A program made the position numbers and the translations under genes. DNA of 64,000 bases from Prorocentrum cordatum (Eukaryota): positions 558,001 to 622,000 of the forward strand of contig CAUYUJ010000026.1 in NCBI GenBank assembly GCA_963575745.1, in the 5' to 3' direction. Below are positions 34,101-42,719 of the stretch, in pieces; positions within the stretch are counted from its first letter, which is position 1; every line of letters begins with the position of its first letter. A model generated the notes under the pieces. It saw only the letters and a list, made by a program, of their open reading frames with translations, was not told the DNA's origin and searched no databases.

Positions 34101-37100
34101 GGTGACTCTCAGCAGGCTGCTGCAGACCCTCAACGTAGTTGCGCGGAGCCACTTGTGGTAGTGCTTGGCCACGGTGTTGTTGAGGAGGATCGACCTGTAA
34201 TATTCCAGGAGGGCCCTCGTGCCGCTACCCTTGTACAGCTTCACTGCAATACCTGCTTTAAATTGGATCGGTTCTCGGCCTCGCAGTATCGTCTTCAAGA
34301 CGACTGGGTACCAGTGGCGGGCCGTCTCCTCGGGTGCGAGTTTGAGGATGTCGTCCAAATTGCCGTCGGGTCCTCCTGCTCGGCCCTTCTTGCCGTCCGC
34401 AAAGCTCTCCACCAAATCGTTGAGTGTCATGTGCAGGTGCTGGGAGACCTCGTCGGGTGGCGATCTGTGGGTACGGCTGATATTGTAGCGGTCCGCCAGG
34501 TCGTACTTGTCCCTGATGTCGGCTGACTCGATCTTGGCGAAGTGCTGCAGGGTGGCTCTGCTGATCTCGCCCTGGCTGCCCATGACGGTGCCGTCGGGCT
34601 GCTGCATAGTGGGCAGCGCGCTAACATATTTTGGTTTGCGGCCGCCGTGGATCAGAATCTTCTTTGTCAGCTGCCACTCGGTCCTGGCGTCTCTTGCTGT
34701 TCTGCTATCCGCCAATTTGCTGCCAAGTTCGTGAAAGTAATGGTTGCGGTCTGTACTCAGTTGGTGTCTGAACGTGTCCTTGGTGTGGTCGATGAAGAGC
34801 CTGGCCGCGTCATGTGCGATGCCGAGGCAGCCGGTGGCACGACTGAGCTGGCACGCTTCAACAAGGGCTGCCACAGAGCAGTACCAGCTATCTTCCACAC
34901 GGGCATAGACAGGCGCCTCGTGGCAGAGCCTCTTGCGGAAAACTTCAAGAGGTGCTGGGTCCCCGTTGTTCGTGTAGGTCCGCGTGGAGCTCTCAGCGTA
35001 TCTGCGCAGCCTCAATAGGCGCATGCTAGCCTCTGAGATTGTGACGTTGCAAGGGGTAAGCGGGTCCCGTCCGAAATGCTGCTTCGTCTTCTCGACAAGG
35101 AGTCCCGCTGTCTCGTGGTAATGGTCGTTGACGTCTGCCTTCCACGGTGGTAAGCTGATGTTGTTCAGGTCCTGCTTGAATGCGGTGATGCGCTCTGGGT
35201 TCTTGAGTTTGTTAGTATCCAATAACCCGTTCCCCTTCGAACTACGGTGGCGCCCGATGATTTCGCCCACAACTTCAACTAGCACGGGCATGTGGTCTGT
35301 GGTCGTGTCGTAGCCGTTCTGGGCGTAGTTCCTCCTCTGCTTGTTGTGCTCGTTCTTCTTTTTGGCGGTTGGCTTTTGAAAGTCTCTCAAGACAGTGCAA
35401 GCCGCCACGCACTTGAACAGGCAGGGAGCCATGGCGACGTAGTCGATGCGGTTGGAGATCCCGTCCTTGTGGTACGTGTAATCGTCGTTGTTCCCGTAGT
35501 ATGTGTTGACGACGTGCAGGTGGCAGCTGGCGACAGTCTCGTGGAATTCGTGTCCATTCTTGTCTGTCGGCTGATTTGGACCTTTCTGGCCCAACCATTG
35601 AGTGTCCTCTCCGTCCTTGTGGCTTAGCTTGGCGTTCGCGTCGATGAGCAGGATCTCTGGTTTCCACGTGTCACACAGCTCCCTGAAGTGCTCCCACCAG
35701 CCGTTGATGTCCTTGGCCTTCTGGTACGGGGCATGAGCAACGGCGATGACGTGATGGAACAAAGGAGCCTGCACGCGGACAAGGAGAATCCTGGCTGACG
35801 AGTACAGTTTTGTCAGCTGGGACTGCTTGAAGTACAGGTCTTTCCCTTTGAGCCGCCCGTACGGTAACTCGACGTTGAGTAGTAGTGCACATCCCCAGTT
35901 GCCGTCCTGCGCATCGCTCTGGATGTTGATAAAGCCTTGTCCTGTCCATATGGCCTCTCTACAGCGTGTCTCCTGCAGCCCCGCGACGTGTACATGGTGG
36001 TCCAGAAGCTGGGCTCTGACTAGAGCCCCTTTACTGGAGATGTCCAGGTGCAGGTCTGTGGAGGTGAAGTCGCCCACCATGGACTGAGCGTTGTACTGCA
36101 CGATGTTGAGCTTCAGCGTGCCCTTGTTGTAGCTGTCTGCGGTGAGGTCGGGGATGTGGTCTGCGTCAGCCCGCTGGGGCGAGACGTGTTCCTCGAGCCG
36201 TCCATGCCTCCACGGTGGGTACGCATGTAGGTCATTGCCCGCAGGATTAGCCATCCAAGCCCATTCGAGTGTGCTGGTATACTGTACTATATTGACTAGC
36301 TCTTCGGCAGGTGGTGGTGGCGCTGGTTGGAGTGCGGCATATTTTGATAGAATATCTGCTGCTTCATTCCAGGGTGCGTCTCGATGCGCATGAGTGTGCT
36401 CGAAGCTAATGTCCTTTGTGAGCTGTAACTGCTGGAATAATATGCGTGTAAACCTCGCAAGAGGGCGGTTCCTACTCGATCTGATCCGCGATGTTCCAGC
36501 TGCCGCTCCCAAAACCGCGGTGTTGTCTCCGATAATGACGATTTCCTGCTCATCGTCCTCCTGTGTACATGCGATGCCTGCCCAGAGTAGCGCTCCCAAT
36601 TCGGGGCTGGTGCTGGAGGTGATGTTGTTGGCCATCTCCTCGCTGACGGACAGGGCGTGGTTGGAGTACATGTGCCTGTAGTAGGCGATGCCCTGGTCGT
36701 CCTCTCTCAGGTGTACCACTGCCCATGCTGATGTACCCGGTGCTTTGGCATGGTAGGACGCGTCGGTGAAGTAGTAGTGCCGCTTCACAGCCGACAAAGG
36801 TCTCGAGGGAGCAAGGTGCTTCACCGCCAGCCTGGTATGCTCGTGCAGGTCGTGCTCTTCGAGGTCGTAATGCCATGTCAGCTTCTGGATGTGTTGCTGG
36901 AATTGCGTCGGTAGGAACTGTGGGGATCCGATGTTGAGGAAGCGTCGCTGCGTGCTGTTGCTGTCACTGCGCTGGTCGGTTTTGTGCGCTTGCCCGTGTG
37001 TTGCTGGTCTAGTTCTTTGTCGTCGTCTCCTTCTGCGCTCGCAGCGCCGGTAGTCGTCGCTGTACTCGCTGTCAGTGCTGGTGTGTTGGCTAGTGCGTTG

Positions 37101-38861
37101 GTTGTCTCGGGCGTCTTCCGCCGTTGTGCTCCGCCTAGTTGGGATGCGGAAGGGGTACATGGCTGGGGTTGTACGTCGTTGTGGTGCGGAGATGGGTTGT
37201 TGCCGCCCCGTCGGCTGCCCGCTAGCTCCGTGGTAGCTCCTAAACGGCAGCATTGCTCGTCGGGGATGTGAGTCCCTCTGGGGTTGGGGGTGCTGTCTGG
37301 CATTAGTCGTTGCGTCTGGGAGTGGTTGCTCGGTCTCCAAGTGGTCGGTTGGCTTGTAGGGCTTGGTCCCCGTCCGCGTCGTGCTCCTTTCCCGTGGGGA
37401 CGGCGGCTTTTGGCAGCACTTCTCATCGGCGTTCAAGTTGTCCGATCCAGCCCGCACGGCCTGACTGAACAGGAGCTCGTGTGATTGGGCTTGGAGCATG
37501 CTGTCACGTAGTCGATGAGATATGCCGCCATGAGGGTCGGTTGGGTTCGGTGGTGGAAAGATAGGTAGTGCTGGCTCTGCGCGTTGCTCTTGAGGGTCTA
37601 GGTTTGGTTTGGCTGGTGTCGGTGGCGGGAGTGTAGATGAATGCTCGTCGTTGGACCTGGTTGAGCGCCCCAGCACGACATCGCTGTCACGAGAGCAAGG
37701 CATCGGCCACCCTCCCGTCGGAGGCATGCTCTCGCGTCTTCGCACCTGCAAGGGGGAGTCAACCCGCAGCTGCTCGGGGAGAGCAGGTCCGTCCGTCGAC
37801 GGCCTTGCAGAGTGAGGCGACCCCGCGCTGACACGCCAACGCGGGTAGGTCCTGGTCGGTACGTTATGTTGTTTGGACTCGTCAGAGCGAGGAGTCTGCT
37901 CTGCTGATGTGTACCGAGGCGCTGCCCTCCAAGTAGTACGCGACCTCGGACAGGTGCTGCGCTCTCGACTCGGGCACTCGCTGGCGGAGCCCAAGTCCTG
38001 CTCCTCAGGATGTTCCGCTCCAGGAGGCTGAGTGCTATCTGGCAGTGCTTCGTCCTCGCAGATGCTGCTGTCCGCAAGCGCCTCGAAGGGGTTATTGATC
38101 AGCGGCACTCCAAAGTCTGGTCGCATCTCCACCCTGTGCGCCTGTCTTAGTAATCTTTTGCGCCTCGCCACTCTTCTTTCCCTTGCAACAGCTGTGGCGT
38201 CGTTGGGGTGCGGTTCTGCTGCTGTAGGGCTGTAGCTTTTGCTGTCAAGGTATGTGTCCTGTATTTGCTCTAGCTGGTAGGCTTGTATGGGTCCATGCTG
38301 TATCTGTCGATTGTAGTCAGTGCTTGGTTGTGTCGTGGTGCCTGCATTTAATTTGGCTGACGCTGGTGGACTAGCCAGCCCTCTAGGGGTCTTTGTGCTT
38401 GCCGTGTGGTCTGCTTGCGAGCCCAGGTGGCTGGGGTCGGGAGGTTGGCGGGCAAGCCAGGCTCCGTCGTCTGCAAGCGTGGGGTGCTCCTCGAGTACCC
38501 GGCGCTGGGAGACCTCCAGATGTGATGGATCTGGTAGTCTCGACCTGCTGCCTGGGTCCTCCTTCGCATGGCTGTGCTGCCTGGGCTGCGACGCCGCATG
38601 GGCCGCCGCGGCTCCCGCGAAGTGGGATGTCGAACCAGGCGTGGCCAAGGGGTGTCGCCTTGGTCCACGCTGTTGGCACTGCGTCGGACTGCTCGAGTAG
38701 CTCTCCCACTCTTGTTGCAGCCTCACCCTGTCGCGGTGCTGGTTGCTTGTCTGAACCCCGCTGGCAGTGGGGCTCGCGGCCTGAGGGAGTCGCTCAGGTC
38801 CGCGCTTGGAGCGCTCAGACTTGATGTCGCCGTTCTGTGGGTGGTCCCCACCCTTGCCCAC
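31191..38861 (-). CDS. LINE ORF2: low-complexity N-terminus, RNase H, APE endonuclease, reverse transcriptase, 2 C2H2-like zinc fingers, C5-cytosine methyltransferase
   Basis: RNase H YFTDAS..PELGA..IGDN..HTHAH..WNEAAD (~36785-36340); APE QYNAQS..GLQETR..IDANA..RIDY..TDHMP (~36110-35270); RT AGGPDG..YRSI..DLRQAF..GTRPG..FMDD (~34390-33250); CYECGK..H..H and CPGCGK..KH (~32550-32380); DNMT LHLFSG..SID..GPPCETW..EHP..QCQFG..KPT..EYP (~32080-31330). 2556 codons uninterrupted; true start uncertain. Confidence 0.95.
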   Translation of the reverse strand: MGKGGDHPQNGDIKSERSKRGPERLPQAASPTASGVQTSNQHRDRVRLQQEWESYSSSPTQCQQRGPRRHPLATPGSTSHFAGAAAAHAASQPRQHSHAKEDPGSRSRLPDPSHLEVSQRRVLEEHPTLADDGAWLARQPPDPSHLGSQADHTASTKTPRGLASPPASAKLNAGTTTQPSTDYNRQIQHGPIQAYQLEQIQDTYLDSKSYSPTAAEPHPNDATAVARERRVARRKRLLRQAHRVEMRPDFGVPLINNPFEALADSSICEDEALPDSTQPPGAEHPEEQDLGSASECPSRERSTCPRSRTTWRAAPRYTSAEQTPRSDESKQHNVPTRTYPRWRVSAGSPHSARPSTDGPALPEQLRVDSPLQVRRRESMPPTGGWPMPCSRDSDVVLGRSTRSNDEHSSTLPPPTPAKPNLDPQEQRAEPALPIFPPPNPTDPHGGISHRLRDSMLQAQSHELLFSQAVRAGSDNLNADEKCCQKPPSPRERSTTRTGTKPYKPTDHLETEQPLPDATTNARQHPQPQRDSHPRRAMLPFRSYHGASGQPTGRQQPISAPQRRTTPAMYPFRIPTRRSTTAEDARDNQRTSQHTSTDSEYSDDYRRCERRRRRRQRTRPATHGQAHKTDQRSDSNSTQRRFLNIGSPQFLPTQFQQHIQKLTWHYDLEEHDLHEHTRLAVKHLAPSRPLSAVKRHYYFTDASYHAKAPGTSAWAVVHLREDDQGIAYYRHMYSNHALSVSEEMANNITSSTSPELGALLWAGIACTQEDDEQEIVIIGDNTAVLGAAAGTSRIRSSRNRPLARFTRILFQQLQLTKDISFEHTHAHRDAPWNEAADILSKYAALQPAPPPPAEELVNIVQYTSTLEWAWMANPAGNDLHAYPPWRHGRLEEHVSPQRADADHIPDLTADSYNKGTLKLNIVQYNAQSMVGDFTSTDLHLDISSKGALVRAQLLDHHVHVAGLQETRCREAIWTGQGFINIQSDAQDGNWGCALLLNVELPYGRLKGKDLYFKQSQLTKLYSSARILLVRVQAPLFHHVIAVAHAPYQKAKDINGWWEHFRELCDTWKPEILLIDANAKLSHKDGEDTQWLGQKGPNQPTDKNGHEFHETVASCHLHVVNTYYGNNDDYTYHKDGISNRIDYVAMAPCLFKCVAACTVLRDFQKPTAKKKNEHNKQRRNYAQNGYDTTTDHMPVLVEVVGEIIGRHRSSKGNGLLDTNKLKNPERITAFKQDLNNISLPPWKADVNDHYHETAGLLVEKTKQHFGRDPLTPCNVTISEASMRLLRLRRYAESSTRTYTNNGDPAPLEVFRKRLCHEAPVYARVEDSWYCSVAALVEACQLSRATGCLGIAHDAARLFIDHTKDTFRHQLSTDRNHYFHELGSKLADSRTARDARTEWQLTKKILIHGGRKPKYVSALPTMQQPDGTVMGSQGEISRATLQHFAKIESADIRDKYDLADRYNISRTHRSPPDEVSQHLHMTLNDLVESFADGKKGRAGGPDGNLDDILKLAPEETARHWYPVVLKTILRGREPIQFKAGIAVKLYKGSGTRALLEYYRSILLNNTVAKHYHKWLRATTLRVCSSLLRVTQHGGIPKKSGAYSTHTIKAFFRICRRRRLSAVGILLDLRQAFYSVIREFVLGREGEKPWLLKVMAGGAPPEWLMPAIQQLIASPGYLALNDVDENLRFQLEEAHDTTFFQVRGEELCAESRKGTRPGNGLADLIFNISFAHALGPLEQELHAGGYLLQLPPAGEQAIVTSGQLQGLEGTLPEVSFMDDATFLCVLNDNTKIESSIFDILSIIARRLKIFGHDLHPKKTKALLHIDGHAKQHIKAKIFKTNPITLRREDGQPPTSTEVSTAEVTTQGLTLGNIVTSDGGEGPNLMRRIIDHRSAEGPLKKSIFRLPHIDLKAKLLYLTALAQSKLTYDCEVWGPLTVQQKQMLQSRHMASLRAAARQQRHSAGQAHTLDDEIYLLCDEVPIHMYLRRRRLMYLARMAHADTPFLHRLIDELWEDEKAWNALIVEDLDWIRSFLLDDEDIGSDIRGLLRWLRTQHVRAAQATITRAWLRYKAWQHDIYRHRVWQRQLHRLAQEFGMTTPNFEGLPPAQHCGYICYECGKILKTRGAWKRHRTMEHIGYDLPELLARSTTCPGCGKNFITRSRILKHLRRCPKCLAVLQAIEVPMDLQEAAERREEEREAVAARKAMGHGATKALVPAQQVIQLKLADYIEQHQLQLSPAPPAAADVQTATPPAIVFSPCRPMVTTAMFLLHLFSGRRRIEDFQYHFEMNIRECNLVVLSIDVQIDPVKGDLTKPDVVDFWCAAIRQGKIFGIVAGPPCETWCSSRWHAAEGKAPRPLRTHEAPWGIQAASQAEHQQIALANELYRTALLLITTGLQYNVSAVLEHPAPATWCPQAPSSWQRAETLWLLEQTGVELHYIDQCQFGQDARKPTCLMAAHLGELAQELRAVPGGQLCRHAGHAGAYGRDGQGGWRTAPLKEYPSRLCKAMATAFAAHWGQLADEEAMWAETDDCYHRFYAPLDHYMETDQIGHDCHRAWGNHRR

Positions 38862-39181
38862 AGACGCGGCGTCTAGGGAGCTGGTAGTGCAGGTAGTTCG
38901 TCTGCTGCGCCTCTTGAGTCGGGGCTCCCTAGTAGAGCGTTGGTGGTTTGAAGCGGATGCGGCATCCCCCAGGCTCGCATCGGCTTGGACATAGCTATGT
39001 AGTGTGATGGAGGCTAGGTGCGATCGTGTGCGTATGGCCGAAAGCCATGGATGTGGGTCGTTGGGCGTAGGCTCGTCACCGCACGGGTCTCTGAGTCTGG
39101 GCCCGATGTCCCCGATATCTTCTGGTGTAGTTGTCTGGACGCAGGTCTGGGCCAGTTGCCCCCCAGCCTGCGTACTCCGTA

Positions 39182-42100
39182 TCAGTTTTTTGACAGTCGA
39201 CCCCCGTCGAGGTCGCTCTCGCCGCTCTCGATGAATGATGCCACTCTGTCACCTGGGTCCGCGAAGCCATCGTCCGCGTCGCAGATCCTGACCTTTTTCG
39301 GCTGGCTCCTCGCCCTCCTGGGTTCCCTTGGTTGCTTCAAGTTACCTCTGCATGGAGGTGCCGAGCTCGTCCTCTCTGGTGTGCCCAAGTGGAAACGCGG
39401 TGGTGGCAGTCGTGGCTCGTGTGGCTCGGTGGGCGTGATATCCTCAATCGGCATCCGTGGAGGTGTGCTGGGGCAATCCTCCTCGTCGCGGCTGAGGTCG
39501 ATGAACAGCGTCGTCATGGGAGTCTTGGCTGTCTGTGAACGCTGTTGTGGGGTCTTGTGTGGCGTGAGAGGCGTGACGGGCGGAAACAGAATGTGTCTTG
39601 GCGTGGGCTGTTCCGTCGGGATGGGTGAGTCGGCTGGTATCGTTGGTGAGAGTGAGGCGAGGTCTGTCGGGGCTTCGCCCTCCTTCTCCTTGCGCAGGCC
39701 TTGGCGGTTCTTCAAATCTTCGTCCAGCAAGTCAGCGTCGTCGGATTCGCCAATTGGGATGCAATCGCTGCTCGCCCGTACCTCGCGCATCCCTGAGTGC
39801 GAAAAGGAGCCGACCCTGTTGTACTCCTCGATGTGCTGGCGCTGCTGAGGTAGTGGTGGGGGGAGCGGCCACTCTTCGGCGGATGTCCTCGGCACAAAGC
39901 TTTGGTTCTGGAAGCTGAGGTCGTCGCTCGACGAGGGGGTAGGCTCCTCTGGCGTTGGCATAGACGATGTATGGGACCTCTCTCCAAATCCCACCTCGGC
40001 CAGCTCCTCGAGGTACGGCGGCAGTTCTGGATGTGGAAGTTCGTACTGGCTAGGTAGCAGCCGAAGTAAGTCTGCCTCAAGTTGCTCCCTCTGGTACGCG
40101 CCCTCCTGGTCCGCCATGCCTTGGTCGCGCTCGCTCGTGGCCGTGTCTCCCATGAGGTCATCCGTCATGTCGATTAGCAGGTCTTCGTCCACTTGTCCTC
40201 CTGCTCCCCAGGCATCCCGTAGTGCAGTCTGGAGTCCTGCCGTTTGCAAATCATGTGCCCGTTGGAGTTCTTGTAATTGTTGCTGCCTCTGCGCTTCGTT
40301 CATATGATGGTTGTGGGCGTAGTGCTGCGCGATGGCCTGCATCTCCTGCTGGCACTGGTGCTGCAGTGTGCTGTGGTACTGATGAGCCGCTTGGTTCTCC
40401 ATCTCCTGCTGCTGCTGTAGTGCATGGAGTTCGCTTGTGGCTGCTGCTTGTCGCTGCAGTGCCACCTCCTCCATCCTTTGGGCCTTGTCCACCTCCTCCT
40501 GGTGCTCGCCGACGCGCTCCAGATACCTTTCCTGCTCGTGCTGCATCTCGTATGCCTTCGCCTGGATGGCTGCGTGCTCCAGGTTCAGGACGACCCGCAT
40601 CGCTTCGCGCTTGTTGGCTTCTTCCTGATGCTCGTGGGCCATCTGCTGGTAGTTCACTGCGATCCGCAGCTCCTCCTCCTTATAAGCGCTGTGGCGGGCG
40701 CATCTCTCCTGGTACTCCGCCTCCGCCATCTCCTGCACCGCCTTCTCGTTGTGCTCCTGCGCCATCTTGTACCACTGGGCCTCTTGGGTTGCCATCTCTC
40801 TCACAACTTGCTCTTCCTGCCTGGCCTTCTGGACCTGCTGCGTGTAGATGGCTGCTCTTCTCTGGTCTTCCTTGTGCATCTCCTCGCGCAAGGTCTTCTT
40901 TTCCATCTCGATATGCATTTGCAGGTCTGCGAGCATCCCTTTGGCCCTTTCCTCCTGTGTCCTCTGGGTGCCTCTTTGTGCTTCGTATGCTTTTGCTTCC
41001 TCCTCCTCTAGCTTGGCGTTGTGGTGCCGCTTGAGAGCGTTGACCTCCCAAGTGTGCCACTTCTCCTGCTTGGCCAACTGCGCTTCGGTCGTGTGGTACA
41101 TCTTTTGCTCGATGGTCTGCTCGTAGGCCTTCAGTTCGCTTTTGTGCTTGAACTCTGCTTGTGCTAGTAGGTCGCTTTGCTGCTGTTCTTTTTTCTGCTG
41201 CGAATCAAGCCTCTCGGTCAATCTCCTGATGGCGTCTTTGATCTCGTCTGATGCTGCTGGGACTGGTCGGGGCTGCTGGGCTGGGGCTGGCTGAGCTGTG
41301 GCTGGTTGAGCCGTGGCCGGTGCCGCTGGAGCTGCCGCATGGTCGCGCCTTCTCCTTGCGGCCGGGTGTGGCGTGCGTCCTCTGGTGGGATCATGGCTCC
41401 CGTCTTCATCGGACGATTCGTCCTTTACTCCTGCCGCCTTGGCCATTTGATCTCTGGTTTCCCTCATCAGGGTTTTGTAGACCCTGATGGTTCTGGCGGC
41501 CGTCGCCTCCTGGTCCAGCATCTTGCTGAGCCGCTTCTCCATCTCGGCATGCTCCTCCTCCAGCTTTTCCAGCGTGGCCCTGAGCTGCTTCATGCGCTCT
41601 TTGTGGGGCAGGACGAAGGAGATGTTCGCGGCGGTGATCGCCGCTTCCTGCTCGAGGCTGGTTGTGCACAAGCCGGCCAGCCTAGCGCCTGCGATGTTCT
41701 CGGTGAGCCGACCCAGCCTGTGGCACTTGGTCTTGTACCACACGAACCTCATCTCTTCGTCATCTGGAGGTGCGGACCAGCTCTCGTGCTCCATCGCGAC
41801 GGCGAAGGAGACTGGCGTGATGCTGTCCAGGACTGCCTTCTGCTGGGGGCTGTACTGGTAGCTGCCGATGTGGGCTGCGGCAGGCGTGTCGAGCTGGTCC
41901 CTCCTTCTGCGCCTGCCGCTTCTCCTTCTGGCTGAGGCGCTCCTCCAGGGCGCTCTGTGCTTCCAGTGCTGGTCGCTGTCGCTTTGCTGCTGGTGCTTGT
42001 GGGTCTGTGGCTGCTGCTGCTGCTGCTGGTGGCGCTTGTGGGTCTGTGGCTGCTGCTGCTGCTGCTGACTATGCTGCTGCCACTCCCAAGGCCGCCCACC

Positions 42101-42283
42101 AATGGCTCCGTAGTCGCCAGTCCAGTCTGCGCTGCGCTGGCGCTGCGCCTGGGCTGTGGACCCTGCTCCTGTCCACCTTTTCCCAGGGCCGCGCTGAGGC
42201 GCCTCGAGGTGTGTGGTCCCTGCTCCTGACCACCTTTCCCTCGAGGCGCCTCGCTGCTGCTGCTGCTTCCAACTCTTCGCCAT
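39182..42283 (-). CDS. LINE ORF1, long Q/E/A-rich coiled-coil protein
   Basis: Open frame of >1000 codons directly upstream of ORF2 and inside the TSDs; first ATG at 42283 (MAKSWKQ); charged heptad-like composition. Confidence 0.85.
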   Translation of the reverse strand: MAKSWKQQQQRGASRERWSGAGTTHLEAPQRGPGKRWTGAGSTAQAQRQRSADWTGDYGAIGGRPWEWQQHSQQQQQQPQTHKRHQQQQQQPQTHKHQQQSDSDQHWKHRAPWRSASARRRSGRRRRRDQLDTPAAAHIGSYQYSPQQKAVLDSITPVSFAVAMEHESWSAPPDDEEMRFVWYKTKCHRLGRLTENIAGARLAGLCTTSLEQEAAITAANISFVLPHKERMKQLRATLEKLEEEHAEMEKRLSKMLDQEATAARTIRVYKTLMRETRDQMAKAAGVKDESSDEDGSHDPTRGRTPHPAARRRRDHAAAPAAPATAQPATAQPAPAQQPRPVPAASDEIKDAIRRLTERLDSQQKKEQQQSDLLAQAEFKHKSELKAYEQTIEQKMYHTTEAQLAKQEKWHTWEVNALKRHHNAKLEEEEAKAYEAQRGTQRTQEERAKGMLADLQMHIEMEKKTLREEMHKEDQRRAAIYTQQVQKARQEEQVVREMATQEAQWYKMAQEHNEKAVQEMAEAEYQERCARHSAYKEEELRIAVNYQQMAHEHQEEANKREAMRVVLNLEHAAIQAKAYEMQHEQERYLERVGEHQEEVDKAQRMEEVALQRQAAATSELHALQQQQEMENQAAHQYHSTLQHQCQQEMQAIAQHYAHNHHMNEAQRQQQLQELQRAHDLQTAGLQTALRDAWGAGGQVDEDLLIDMTDDLMGDTATSERDQGMADQEGAYQREQLEADLLRLLPSQYELPHPELPPYLEELAEVGFGERSHTSSMPTPEEPTPSSSDDLSFQNQSFVPRTSAEEWPLPPPLPQQRQHIEEYNRVGSFSHSGMREVRASSDCIPIGESDDADLLDEDLKNRQGLRKEKEGEAPTDLASLSPTIPADSPIPTEQPTPRHILFPPVTPLTPHKTPQQRSQTAKTPMTTLFIDLSRDEEDCPSTPPRMPIEDITPTEPHEPRLPPPRFHLGTPERTSSAPPCRGNLKQPREPRRARSQPKKVRICDADDGFADPGDRVASFIESGESDLDGGRLSKN

Positions 42284-42702
42284 GTTGTCGAAGGGCTGTG
42301 CTGAGTGATGATCTGCAAGTAGTCGGGAGGCCTCGACTACCTTCAAGAGTGTCCTGGCGTGGCCTCGCGCTATGCGGGCCCTCCTGTGCCAACTTTCTTC
42401 CTTCTGCCTGGGCGTCTTTCTTTAGCCTAGGCGTCGCGGCCGCGGCGCTTCTCTTCAGCTTTGACTCTTTAATGGCGCCGCGGCGCGCTGGCCCGGGCTG
42501 ACGGGGCTGGCCGAACGAGGGGACGACACGACCCCACGCGGCGGCGGGCCCCTCCTCAGCCCGTGGCTTAGGAGAGAGACCTCCTCCTCCACCTCGTTCC
42601 CCTTATGTTGCGTCCGCATCTATAATCCATTCCTCTCCCTCTCTCCCTCTCTCCCTCTCTCCTCCCCCTCCGGCCTCGCCCTTCCCCTGCCCAGCCTTTT
42701 CC

Positions 42703-42719
42703 AGCCATTTTGGCCCACG
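42703..42719 (+). other. Possible relict dinoflagellate spliced-leader sequence
   Basis: AGCCATTTTGGCcCAcG matches 15 of the last 17 nt of DinoSL (DCCGTAGCCATTTTGGCTCAAG) and follows a pyrimidine tract. Confidence 0.45.

Larger units (their letters stand above)
29023..42569 (-). mobile_element. Full-length non-LTR retrotransposon (LINE) encoding a C5 DNA methyltransferase
   Basis: 13-bp TSD aggagagagacct at 29010-29022 and 42570-42582; short tandem 3' tail (acgtttct)2 on + at 29023-29038; two long intact minus-strand ORFs. Confidence 0.93.

Noticed and set aside
42490..42569. HDV-like ribozyme at the LINE 5' end
   Set aside because: Hairpin potential exists (cgggctga/tcagcccg), but I could not build the nested double pseudoknot by eye.
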